DNA of 20,000 nt from Candidatus Limnocylindrales bacterium (GTDB taxonomy: Bacteria; Moduliflexota; Moduliflexia; Moduliflexales; JAUQPW01). The stretch lies in assembly GCA_035559535.1 (NCBI GenBank), contig DATMBG010000042.1:120063-140062 (forward strand), written 5' to 3'. The notes below the pieces were generated by a model. That model did no database searches and was not told the origin of the DNA. It saw only the letters and a list, made by a program, of their open reading frames with translations. Position numbers and translations under genes: made by a program. Positions 8,696 through 20,000 of the stretch are shown one piece after another; positions within the stretch are counted from its first letter, which is position 1, and every line of letters starts with the position of its first letter.

Positions 8696-11509
8696 ATGGA
8701 TTATAAAAACACTTTAAATTTACCTAAAACCGATTTTCCCATGAAAGCCAATCTCCCGAAGCGGGAGCCTGAGATCCTTAAAGGTTGGGAAGAACAAAAA
8801 CTTTACCAGCAAATCCGGCAGAAGTTTGCCGATAAAACCAAATATATTTTACATGATGGGCCCCCTTACGCCAACGGACATATTCATATTGGGACTGCCC
8901 TTAACAAGATCTTAAAGGATTTTGTGGTTAAATCTCACTCCATGATGGGCTATAATGCTGTGTACGTTCCGGGATGGGATTGCCACGGATTACCTATCGA
9001 ACATCAAGTTGAGAAGACCCTGGGTGATAAGAAAAGCCAGATGGGCAAAGATGAAATACGTAAACTTTGTCGGCAGTATGCCCGTAAATTTATCGATATC
9101 CAACGAAATGAGTTTAAGCGCCTGGGAGTTCTGGGTGACTGGGAGCATCCCTATACGACCATGGATTACAGGTACGAGGCCGATACCATCCGGGAACTTG
9201 CTAAGTTTGTAGAAAAAGGGAGTGTTTACAAGGGCTTGAAGCCGGTTTACTGGTGTATCCATTGTGAAACTGCACTTGCTGAGGCCGAAGTGGAGTATTA
9301 CGATCATGAGTCTCCTTCGGTTTATGTAAAATTTCCATTGGTATCGGACCCGGAACGTATCCTTCCGGTCCTAAAAGATAAAAAGACCTACATCCTTATC
9401 TGGACGACGACGCCCTGGACTTTACCGGCTAACCTGGCCATTGCGTTTCATCCGGAGTACACTTACACGGCCGTGCAGGTAAACGGAGAGGTTTATATTG
9501 TAGTCAAAGAATTGTTGGAAGAAACGCTGAAGAAGGCCGGAATCAAGGATTTCACGGTTCTTGGAACTTTCCCCGGGAAAGTAGTGGAAGGATTGGTTGC
9601 TAAACATCCCTTTATAGATCGAGAATCCAAATTAATCCTGGCCGATTATGTGACTCTGGATCAAGGAACCGGTTGTGTTCATACGGCCCCGGGTCATGGG
9701 CAAGAAGATTACGAAAGCGGCGTAAAATATGGATTAGAGATTTATACGCCGGTCGATAGTCAGGGACGGTTTACCTCGGATGTTCCGTTCTTTGCCGGGA
9801 TGAATGTTTTTAAAGCCAATTCGGCCATTATTCAGAAAATGCGGGAAAATGGATCTTTACTGGCCGAGGAGAAACTGACGCATTCGTATCCCCATTGCTG
9901 GCGGTGTAAAAACCCGGTAATCTTCCGTTCTACTCCCCAGTGGTTTATTTCCATGGAAGTAGACAATTTACGCCAGAAATGCCTTGTGTGGATCCAGAAG
10001 GTAACCTGGATTCCTTCTTGGGGAGAGGAAAGGATTTCCAACATGATTGCCCATCGGCCTGACTGGTGTATTTCCCGGCAGCGGGCCTGGGGAGTTCCTA
10101 TTGTAGCCTTCTATTGTAAAGCCTGTAATTATCTACTTCTGGACAAAAAGATCATAGACTTTGTTGCAGACAAGGTAGCTATCCATGGAGCGGATATTTA
10201 CTTTACGGCTTCCGAGGAAGATCTTCTCCCCGAGGGAACATCCTGTCCTCGCTGTGGGGGGAAGGAATTTGTTAAAGAAACCGATATTCTGGACGTATGG
10301 TTTGATTCCGGGGTCAGTCAGGCAGCCGTATTGGCCGTTCGAGAGGATTTGGCCTGGCCGGCGGATATGTATCTGGAGGGGAGCGATCAGCACCGGGGAT
10401 GGTTTCATAGTTCCCTGCTGGCGGCCGTAGGAACCCGGGGAGCCGCTCCTTACAAATCGGTCCTGACCCATGGTTTTGTGGTGGACGGTCAGGGAAGAAA
10501 GATGTCCAAATCCCTGGGTAACACCATTGCCCCACAGGATGTTATCAACAAGTACGGCGCAGAGATTCTCCGTTTATGGGTATCTGCCGAGGATTATCGG
10601 GATGATATTCGCATTTCCGATGAAATCTTGAAGCGACTGGCAGACGCTTATTTCCGGATTCGGAATACCTGTCGGTACCTGCTGGGAAATCTCTACGATT
10701 TTAATCCGAACCGGGATATGATCCCCTATGCCCAACTGGAAGAGTTAGATAAGTGGGCACTCCACAGGCTCCAAAAGTTGATCGAGCGGGTTCGAAAAGC
10801 CTTTGAAAAATTCGAGTTTCATATTTTCTTCCATGCCTTTCATAATTTCTGTGCAGTGGATATGAGTGCCCTTTATCTGGATATCTTGAAAGATCGACTT
10901 TATACCTCCAAGGCCAACTCCCCCCAACGTCGGGCGGCTCAAACGGTCCTGTGGGAAGTTTTAACGGCCATGGTTAAATTGATGGCTCCCATCCTTTCCT
11001 TTACGGCTGAAGAGGTCTGGCAGCATCTTATCAAGATCGACCCCGAACTCGGTCGAAGAGAAGGAGGAAGTGTCCATCTACAAACCCTCCCGGAGGTTAA
11101 TCCTACCTATGTGAACGAACAACTGGCCACCAATTGGGATAAACTCCTGGAGATCCGGGGTGAAATCTCTAAGGCCCTGGAACAGGCCAGAAAAGAAAAA
11201 TGGATTGGCCACTCCTTGGATGCCGCCGTGCACCTATACGTCTCCGAGGAACTTTATCGGTTCCTTCAAGCTTATGAAAAGCAACTGAGTACCCTCTCGA
11301 TCGTTTCGGCAACCGTACTTTATGAGCCCACGGTTCAACCCCCAGGGGATGTTTTTACCAGTGAATATGTTAAAGGGCTCCGGGTCAAAATCACAAAAGC
11401 TGAAGGGGAGAAGTGTGAAAGATGCTGGCAGTACAGTCCCTATGTAGGAAAGAACCCGCAACATCCCACCCTTTGTGAGCGGTGCTCGGCGGTTGTATCG
11501 GATTTATAA
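8696..11509 (+). CDS. ileS: Isoleucine--tRNA ligase (type 1)
   Basis: [56 protein letters not shown]-terminal CERCW...CERC zinc finger; directly upstream of lspA. Confidence 0.99.
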   Translation: MDYKNTLNLPKTDFPMKANLPKREPEILKGWEEQKLYQQIRQKFADKTKYILHDGPPYANGHIHIGTALNKILKDFVVKSHSMMGYNAVYVPGWDCHGLPIEHQVEKTLGDKKSQMGKDEIRKLCRQYARKFIDIQRNEFKRLGVLGDWEHPYTTMDYRYEADTIRELAKFVEKGSVYKGLKPVYWCIHCETALAEAEVEYYDHESPSVYVKFPLVSDPERILPVLKDKKTYILIWTTTPWTLPANLAIAFHPEYTYTAVQVNGEVYIVVKELLEETLKKAGIKDFTVLGTFPGKVVEGLVAKHPFIDRESKLILADYVTLDQGTGCVHTAPGHGQEDYESGVKYGLEIYTPVDSQGRFTSDVPFFAGMNVFKANSAIIQKMRENGSLLAEEKLTHSYPHCWRCKNPVIFRSTPQWFISMEVDNLRQKCLVWIQKVTWIPSWGEERISNMIAHRPDWCISRQRAWGVPIVAFYCKACNYLLLDKKIIDFVADKVAIHGADIYFTASEEDLLPEGTSCPRCGGKEFVKETDILDVWFDSGVSQAAVLAVREDLAWPADMYLEGSDQHRGWFHSSLLAAVGTRGAAPYKSVLTHGFVVDGQGRKMSKSLGNTIAPQDVINKYGAEILRLWVSAEDYRDDIRISDEILKRLADAYFRIRNTCRYLLGNLYDFNPNRDMIPYAQLEELDKWALHRLQKLIERVRKAFEKFEFHIFFHAFHNFCAVDMSALYLDILKDRLYTSKANSPQRRAAQTVLWEVLTAMVKLMAPILSFTAEEVWQHLIKIDPELGRREGGSVHLQTLPEVNPTYVNEQLATNWDKLLEIRGEISKALEQARKEKWIGHSLDAAVHLYVSEELYRFLQAYEKQLSTLSIVSATVLYEPTVQPPGDVFTSEYVKGLRVKITKAEGEKCERCWQYSPYVGKNPQHPTLCERCSAVVSDL

Positions 11510-11513
11510 GGTG

Positions 11514-11560
11514 ACAGGCAAAAGCCTGTACTTCCCTAAAGGGACAGGCAGGACGCCTGC
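11514..11560. repeat. Two short hairpin repeats between ileS and lspA
   Basis: ACAGGC-AAAA-GCCTGT (11514-11529) and ACAGGC-AGGAC-GCCTGC (11544-11560). Confidence 0.55.
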
Positions 11561-11569
11561 ACTCCCAAG

Positions 11570-12040
11570 ATGCCCAGATATTTGGCTGCCCTGCTTATCA
11601 TAGCCCTGGTTGTGGGGCTGGATATTATAACGAAGTTTCTTATTGTCCAAAACCTGGTTTTGTACCGGTCTAACATCTCTGTTATTCCAAACTTTCTGGA
11701 TATTGTGTACTATAAAAATACCGGGGCAGCCTTTGGGATTTTAGCCGGTTTTTCTTTTAGCCATTACTTCTTTCTGGCTATTTCGTTTATAGCTCTTGTG
11801 ATGCTCTTCGTGGCGTTCAAATACGCTTCCAAAGAAGGAAAACTGGTTCAGATTGCCCTACCTCTCCTCATAGGCGGAACCTTGGGAAATTTAATCGACC
11901 GCATACGGTTGGGGGCCGTGATCGATTTTATCCTGGTTCACTGGTATGATAAATTCTACTGGCCTGCCTTTAATGTTGCCGATTCGGCCATCACCGTGGG
12001 GGTTGTTCTACTTATTTTAGAAATGCTCAGAAAAAAATAA
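11570..12040 (+). CDS. lspA: Lipoprotein signal peptidase (SPase II)
   Basis: LDIITK, NTGAAFG, GGTLGNLIDR, VIDF, WPAFNVADSAI. Confidence 0.98.
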   Translation: MPRYLAALLIIALVVGLDIITKFLIVQNLVLYRSNISVIPNFLDIVYYKNTGAAFGILAGFSFSHYFFLAISFIALVMLFVAFKYASKEGKLVQIALPLLIGGTLGNLIDRIRLGAVIDFILVHWYDKFYWPAFNVADSAITVGVVLLILEMLRKK

Positions 12041-12054
12041 AAGAAGGAGTCTTT

Positions 12055-12528
12055 ATGGCAGAAGTAACTTATGTTTCCCATGTGAAGATTGAACGTAAGG
12101 TAGGTCCCTTACGGTTAGCCTATTTACCTGCTGAATCGGAGCCTGTACGCTTCGGGGTACACGGCGCAGTGGCCAGACATTATGGTATCAGCCCCGACGT
12201 TTCAGAACCCCATGCCACCACCCTGGATTATATTGTTGCCGCAACGGGTGGATGACTAACCGGTACCTTTGGAGGTGCGCTGGAAGCGCGCAAGATTGAG
12301 GCAAGTAATGGACGTTTAACAGCCGAAGTCAGGGGTGAAATCGAAACCGAGAATAAAGTACTGGTGATCAAGCGTATTCATGTGATTTATTACCTTAAGG
12401 CACCGGCCAGTGCCCGGGAGACCATCCAGCGGGTGCATGATTTTCATAAGGATTATTGTCCGGTTTACCGATCCCTGTACAAAGCCATTACCATCACGAC
12501 CGAATATCGATTAGAAGAGCTGGTTTAA
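12055..12528 (+). CDS. OsmC/Ohr-like protein with in-frame TGA, probable selenoprotein (157 aa, U67)
   Basis: AAGGAG SD. The frame continues past TGA 12253-12255: YIVAATGG-U-LTGTFGGALEARKI...IKRIHVIY...DYCPVYRSL, ending at TAA 12526-12528. Confidence 0.8.
12267..12294 (+). promoter_or_regulatory. Candidate bacterial SECIS hairpin
   Basis: GTGCGC-TGGAA-GCGCGC (12275-12291), apical loop 25 nt after the UGA with G at loop position 2. A competing hairpin GTACCT-TTGG-AGGTGC (12263-12278) is also possible. Confidence 0.5.
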
Positions 12529-12586
12529 ACTTTTTACCCCTTAGGTTAAACTCAAAGGGTTAAGGTTTCCCTACCAAAATGGAACT

Positions 12587-12614
12587 GTAGGGGTGCACGG
12601 CCGTGCGCCCCTAC
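12587..12614. repeat. GTAG-family REP palindrome, type B
   Basis: GTAGGGGTGCACGGCCGTGCGCCCCTAC, extended by ACT/AGT flanks. Confidence 0.9.
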
Positions 12615-12618
12615 AGTC

Positions 12619-12717
12619 CTTGGCCACAAGGACGTGAGGACCACCATGATTTACACCCACGTCCTCCAGAAAGGCGCCATGGCCATTCGCAGCCCATTGG
12701 ATTCACCTCCTCGATGA
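12619..12717 (+). pseudogene. intI: Integron integrase C-terminal fragment (inverted relative to the rest of intI)
   Basis: Translates as [32 protein letters not shown], the typical IntI C-terminus with the catalytic His and Tyr. Confidence 0.9.
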
Positions 12718-12796
12718 ACCCGGTACAAGAGATCTCAATTAAAATGCTCTCTGAGTCCCCTTAAAGGATTCCGTTCAAATTCCAAACACCGGCTTA

Positions 12797-12863
12797 GCTC
12801 AACCCAGGATTCGTGGGGTAGGGAGCGAAGCGGAGCCACCCCACGAATCCTTTTACGTCAGGC
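12797..12863. repeat. Long hairpin, attC-like or another REP family
   Basis: 14-bp perfect stem AGGATTCGTGGGGT...ACCCCACGAATCCT, flanked by GCTCAAC and GTCAGGC. Confidence 0.4.
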
Positions 12864-13148
12864 ATGCACGGACTCCTTCTTCCTTTGGGTCGAGATACCC
12901 AGCTTTCAAAGACTCACTTCGTCTGACTTACTCGGATCTTTGAAGTGCGTGCCCACTCTTGCGACTTCGTTTAGCTTAATCAATAGTTTTAGTGGCACCC
13001 TGCCGATGTGCCGCTCTCTTTGCTAGCTCTTCTCCCTCGATGCCAGTTATAAAGCTCAGCGTCATTGGGCTACACGAGTGTATGAACTTCGGGCCAGCTC
13101 CGCCTTCCTTGCTAATCGTTTTATAGGTTCCTTGGAATTTAACATATA

Positions 13149-13176
13149 GTACGGGCGCACGGCCGTGCGCCCGTAC
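13149..13176. repeat. REP type B variant at the intI break point
   Basis: Perfect palindrome GTACGGGCGCACGGCCGTGCGCCCGTAC, abutting the codons for GYDIRTV. Confidence 0.9.
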
Positions 13177-14062
13177 ACGGTGCGGATGTCGTAGCCATTT
13201 GTAAGCAAGTGGGTGGCAAAGGAGTGGCGGAAGGTACGGGGGCTGACAGGCTTGGTGATGTGGGCATCGCGGGCCGCCTGGCGGATTGCCCTTTGCAGGC
13301 CGCTTTTATCCAGATGGTGGCGGCGTACGATACCCGTAGGAGGGTCTACATGATAGTAAGTCAAACGTCCTCGTTTGATGGTAGTTGGAGGGGAAGACAT
13401 ATTGCCATCTCCATTCCCGGTTGGCATGAGGGTACTTGCGCTCCAGGGCATAGGGTAGGTAGACGGCGCCATAGCCTTTAGCCAGATCCTCCTCGTGCAG
13501 GCGCTTCACGCGCTGCAGGTGTTCCTGGAGGGGGGGATGAGGCTGTCAGGTAACAGCGTCACCCGGTCCTGGTCACCTTTGCCGTCCCGAACGACGATGG
13601 CTCGTTGGGCAAAGTCAATGTCCTTCACCCGCAGTCTTAGGCATTCCATCAGGCGCAGGCCGGAGTCGTAGAGGAGTTAGGCCATCAGAAGGCGGGTGCC
13701 GGACAGGTGGTTGAGGACCCGGCGCACCTCCTCTTGGGTCAGGATAGTGGGCAACCGTTTCGGTTTTTTAGCGTGCAGGGCGTAAATTACGCCCAGGTCC
13801 TTTTTCAGCACCTCGCGGTAAAGGAACAGGAGGGCGCTGAGGGCTTGATTTTGTGTGGATGCGGCGACGTTTTCCTTCACCGCCAGATGGGTAAGGAAGG
13901 CTTCGACTTCGGTGCTACCCATTTCATTGGGGTGACGTTTGTTATAGAACAGAATATAGCGTCGGATCCAGTCCACGTAGGCGTTTTCGGTGCGGATGGA
14001 GTAGTGTTTGAGTCGCAGGGCATCACGCACCTGATGAGGAACTTTTTGGGTTTTGGTTCCAT
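13177..14062 (-). pseudogene. intI: Integron integrase pseudogene (N-terminal and central part)
   Basis: [58 protein letters not shown], IntI-specific [34 protein letters not shown]. Frameshifts near 14035, 13533 and 13350-13385; TAA at 13677-13679. Confidence 0.95.
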
Positions 14063-14156
14063 GGGGTTTCCTCAGTCTTGTTTAGTGGTGGTTTTTGTGC
14101 TCTACTGTTTAGCAAGTAAGGTAAATCAGGCCATATAGCAAGAGAATACCTTTGGG

Positions 14157-14260
14157 ATTATTATACAAGAAAGTTTCCGCAAATGCAACTTGACAAAGAT
14201 ATAAAAAGATATAAATTATGCTCAATTATTATTAGACAAGAAGGTTTCCGCAAATGCAAC
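14157..14260 (+). repeat. 33-bp direct repeat pair in the intI-attI region, enclosing a possible Pc promoter
   Basis: ATTATTA(T/G)ACAAGAA(A/G)GTTTCCGCAAATGCAAC at 14157-14189 and 14228-14260. TTGACA (14190-14195), 16 nt, TAAATT lies between them. Confidence 0.75.
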
Positions 14261-14276
14261 CCTGAGGACGTTTTAT

Positions 14277-14351
14277 GACGTCTTATATGGAATCTGTATA
14301 AGACGTCTCAGAAGGGAAAAGACGCGGATTCCGTATAGTCCATAGTTAGTC
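14277..14351 (+). other. Putative attI site
   Basis: Lies between the intI start and the first cassette. Core GTTAGTC at 14345-14351 (one mismatch to GTTRRRY). 11-bp IR GACGTCTTATA-N9-TATAAGACGTC at 14277-14307. Confidence 0.45.
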
Positions 14352-14419
14352 CGCCTTGCTTCATCCAACACGGGTGAGTACAATTCACGTAAGATATCAT
14401 ATTTGAAAGAGGTGTAACT

Positions 14420-14653
14420 ATGGCGTCTACGGCAGCTATCAGGACAGTGACAAAAATGCTGGAATCCTTGCCGGAAGCGGTGCAAGAGCAGGTGGTCGAG
14501 CATCTGCGCGAGTATCTTGCAGACCTGCAGGACGAACTGGAGTGGGATCGCTTGTTTGAACGAACACAACCCCAGTTAGTGGCCGTTGCCCGTCGTGCGA
14601 AGCAAGAAATTGCCCAAGGGCACGCACAACCAATGGACTATGAGCGGTTATGA
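14420..14653 (+). CDS. Putative type II antitoxin (integron cassette)
   Basis: GAGGT SD; 77 aa, acidic (LQDELEWDRLF...ARRAKQEIAQG); ATGA overlap with a RelE-like toxin remnant. Confidence 0.7.
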   Translation: MASTAAIRTVTKMLESLPEAVQEQVVEHLREYLADLQDELEWDRLFERTQPQLVAVARRAKQEIAQGHAQPMDYERL

Positions 14654-14908
14654 AGTTGGCCACTTTGCCATCTTTCTGGGCAGCCTATGAGTCTCTCAGC
14701 GAAGCCATCAAGCGCAGCGCCAGGAAAGCCTATCGTTTGTGAGCACAGAGTCCATTTCATCCTTCCCTGCATTTCAAGTGCATCAATCGCGAAGAGAATG
14801 TTTGGTCTGTAAGGGACGTGATTATCGCGCTTTGGGCTTCTTGAAGGTGACGCGGTGACATGGTTTTGGATTGGTGGTCACGATGAGTACGAACGTTTCG
14901 TCTTGTGA
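14650..14908 (+). pseudogene. RelE/ParE-superfamily toxin pseudogene
   Basis: MKLATLPSFWAAYESL...ARKAYRL*AQSPFHPSLHFK...VWSVR / YRALG / VTWFWIGGHDEYE. TGA at 14740-14742 and frameshifts near 14815-14845. Confidence 0.8.
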
Positions 14909-14922
14909 TGGGAAGGAAAGCG

Positions 14923-14989
14923 GGCTAGCGGCACCGAGCTCAGCCGCTGCTCCCTCGGCTCGCTGCAGCAGAGCTCGGTGCCGTTAGAC
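14923..14989 (+). mobile_element. attC recombination site
   Basis: Degenerate R'' GGCTAGC; 13-bp stem CGGCACCGAGCTC/GAGCTCGGTGCCG; R' GTTAGAC; directly after the TA genes and downstream of intI/attI. Confidence 0.75.
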
Positions 14990-15035
14990 GCCCTACGCAC
15001 AGATTGCCTGCAAGCACCAAGATGATGGAGCAAGA

Positions 15036-15529
15036 ATGACGCGACGGAAAACGGGTAAGAAGAGTCCGGCCAGCAGCACCGCAGCCCCTTCGGCTTCGAG
15101 GCTCAGCTCTGGGCGGCGGTGAACGCCCTGCGGGGCTCCATGGACGCCGCCGAGTCCAAGCATGTCGTGTTCGGTCTGCTCTTGCTCACGTACATCTCAG
15201 ACGCCTTCGAAGCCCACCACGCTAAGCTTGAAGTCGAGCGCAACGAGGGCGCCGACCCCGAGGACCCTGACGAGTGCCGGGCCGAAAACATCTTCTGGGT
15301 TTCGTTTGAGGCGTGCTGGTTGCACCTTCAGAAGAATACCCGCCACCCCACCATCGGCCAGCTCGTCAACCACCCCACGGCGAGAGCCGGGGGCTCCCGA
15401 CGCCGGGAAGCACTGGTGGTCATCGAGCAAGACAATCCCTCCCTCAAGGGAGGGCTTTCCAAGGACGACGCCAGGTCTACGCTGGACACGACATCACGTG
15501 GCCAGCGGTGGGTCTTTCCGCTGACGTAG
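15036..15529 (+). pseudogene. hsdM: Type I restriction-modification M subunit, N-terminal remnant
   Basis: [39 protein letters not shown]...[17 protein letters not shown]...[10 protein letters not shown]. Frameshift near 15090; truncated before the MTase domain. Confidence 0.85.
15365..15410 (+). mobile_element. IS200/IS605-end-like mini-insertion in hsdM
   Basis: GTCAACCACCCCACGGCGAGAGCCGGGGGCT hairpin plus a TCCCG-ACGC-CGGGA hairpin; encodes residues not expected at this place in HsdM. Confidence 0.5.
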
Positions 15530-15650
15530 CGACTCACGCAGGCGAGGGAGTTGGCGAGTGAGGAGCGAGCGAGCAAGGGAAGAGAGATGTATGCGAATCA
15601 ATTCCTATCAAGAGGCAGCTTTTTGCTATGATAGACACGGAAGGTGCACG

Positions 15651-18631
<2,981 letters not shown>

Positions 18632-18635
<4 letters not shown>

Positions 18636-20000
18636 CCATCTTTCCGGGTATTCGCATCGAAGGTGGCCTGCTCGGGCCGGACACGCTGGAGCAGGTTCTT
18701 GCCGGTGATCTTCCGGGGCAGAACCCCAAAGACTTCGGTCTCGATGGCGGGCGAAGCCTTACCGACGAGATTGCGAGTGTCTTCGCTGACGCGCGCGCCG
18801 AGTGGGAGGTGTTCCAGCGGCGGCTGGAACGGCTTGCCGCTGACGATCTCGCGACTTCCGTCACCCGCGACGCCTGGATGATCCCGTTTCTGAGTCTTCT
18901 GGGCTACGAGCTCCGGTACAACCCGCGCGCCTACGAGGTGGATGGCCTCACCTTCGCCATCTCCCATCGCGCTGGAGAAATGGAGGACGCTCCGCCAGTA
19001 CACATCGTCGGCGCGCGGCAGGAGCTGGGCCGCGTCGCCCCGACGGGCCGGCCGCGGCTCGCGCCGCACTCGCTGGTGCAGGAGTTCCTCAACCGCAGCG
19101 AGCAGCTCTGGGGGATCGTCACCAACGGCCTCACCCTGCGCCTCCTGCGCGACAGCACCTACGTGCGCCGCCAGGCCTATGTCGAGTTCGACCTCGCGCA
19201 GATTCTCGAGGAGCAGCGCTTCCTCGACTTCTCCGTCCTCTTTCGCCTCCTCCACCGCTCGCGGCTACCGCGGTCAGTGGCCGACGCCCGGGACTGCCTT
19301 CTGGAGCGGTACTACCAGCGCGGCCTCGAGCAAGGCGGCCGGGTGCGGGAGCGGTTGCGCGACGGCGTCGAGGAATGCATCAAGCGCCTGGCGAACGGCT
19401 TCCTCGCGCACTCGGAGAACAGCGAGCTTCGGCAGCGTGTGGCGCTAGGAGCGAGTGGCGAATCGCGAGTGGCGAGTAGTGGACTACGGCCGCTCAGTCC
19501 GGAGGAACTCTACCAGCAACTGCTGCGCCTCGTGTACCGGCTCCTGTTTCTGTTGGTCTCCGAGGATCGTGGCCTGATCAGTGCCGAGCCCCTGTACCGC
19601 GAGCACTACGGCGTGGCGCGCCTGCGGCGGCTCCTCGACAGGCGCAGCGCCTACACCGAGCACGACGACATCTGGTGCAGCCTCAGGGTACTGTGGAAAG
19701 TACTCTGCGACGAAAATTACGCCGCGCTTTTGGGTGCGCCGCCGCTCAACGGCGAACTCTTCGAGCCTTGCCATCTCGACGCCTGCACCATCGCCAACCG
19801 CGATTTCCTCGAGGCGTTCTGGCATCTCGCGTATTACCGTGAGTCGCCTTCCGCGCCGCCGCGTCGGGTCAACTATGCTGCCCTCGACGTCGAGGAACTC
19901 GGCTCGGTGTACGAGAGCCTCCTGGACTACCACCCGGTGGTTGAGGCGAGTGGCGAGTGGCGAGTGGCGAGTGAAGGGCCAGTAGGGGCGCACGGCGGTG
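18632..20000 (+). CDS. Type IIG/Eco57I-like N6-adenine DNA methyltransferase (DrmMI-like), 3'-partial; absent from the ORF track
   Basis: ATGA overlap with the helicase. MTIFPGIRIEGGLLGPD, GIVTNGLTLRLLRDS, LVYRLLFLLVSEDRGL, LNGELFE, RVNYAALDVEELGSVYESLL. The start, middle and end segments share one frame. Confidence 0.85.
19945..19972 (+). repeat. Heptamer tandem repeat (GGCGAGT)x4 inside the CDS
   Basis: Four perfect units; degenerate arrays also at 17904-17938 (reverse), 18063-18083, 18420-18447 and 19450-19477. Confidence 0.9.
19982..20000. repeat. Type B REP, cut by the window edge, in frame in the MTase
   Basis: GTAGGGGCGCACGGCGGTG (VGAHGG). Confidence 0.75.

Noticed and set aside
8870-8900. 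HIGT instead of HIGH in IleRS as a novelty or mupirocin-resistance sign
   Set aside because: Variation at this position occurs in type 1 IleRS, and the protein is otherwise canonical.
13062-13472. 136-aa ORF as a standalone gene
   Set aside because: It is a chimera of an intI frame fragment, REP read-through and unrelated sequence.
14103-14122. LexA box upstream of intI
   Set aside because: Only the ACTGT half-site is present; the other half reads TAAG rather than ACAG.
14157-14260. Mini-CRISPR (33-bp repeats, 38-bp spacer)
   Set aside because: Only two imperfect units, a low-complexity promoter-like spacer and no cas genes. Not excluded absolutely, but unsupported.
15558-15650. N-terminal extension of the helicase from GTG 15558
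   Set aside because: The family-like N-terminus and the SD fit ATG 15651.

Overview
Bacterial window in two parts. (1) 1-~12550 is moderate-GC core-like DNA: two glycosyltransferases (GT4, GT9), a DUF169-like protein, a PlmA-like GntR regulator, an EamA pseudogene, a PaaI thioesterase, a SAM methyltransferase, a small membrane protein, tatA/B, a bacterial PH-domain protein, ileS-lspA, and an OsmC-like gene read through an in-frame TGA (probable selenoprotein). The regulator has three copies of a candidate operator, TGTT(A/C)TA-N6-TA(T/G)AAC(A/T). (2) ~12590-20000 is an accessory region. It holds a decayed integron with an intI pseudogene whose catalytic C-terminus lies on the opposite strand between two REP palindromes, an attI region, an antitoxin/dead-toxin cassette and an attC. 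An hsdM remnant follows, then a GC-rich SNF2 helicase plus type IIG-like N6-adenine methyltransferase operon (DISARM class I-like) that runs off the window. GTAG-family 28-bp palindromes occur throughout. They supply a stop codon, disrupt genes, and insert in frame into proteins. Family assignments come from motif recognition only; no searches were run.
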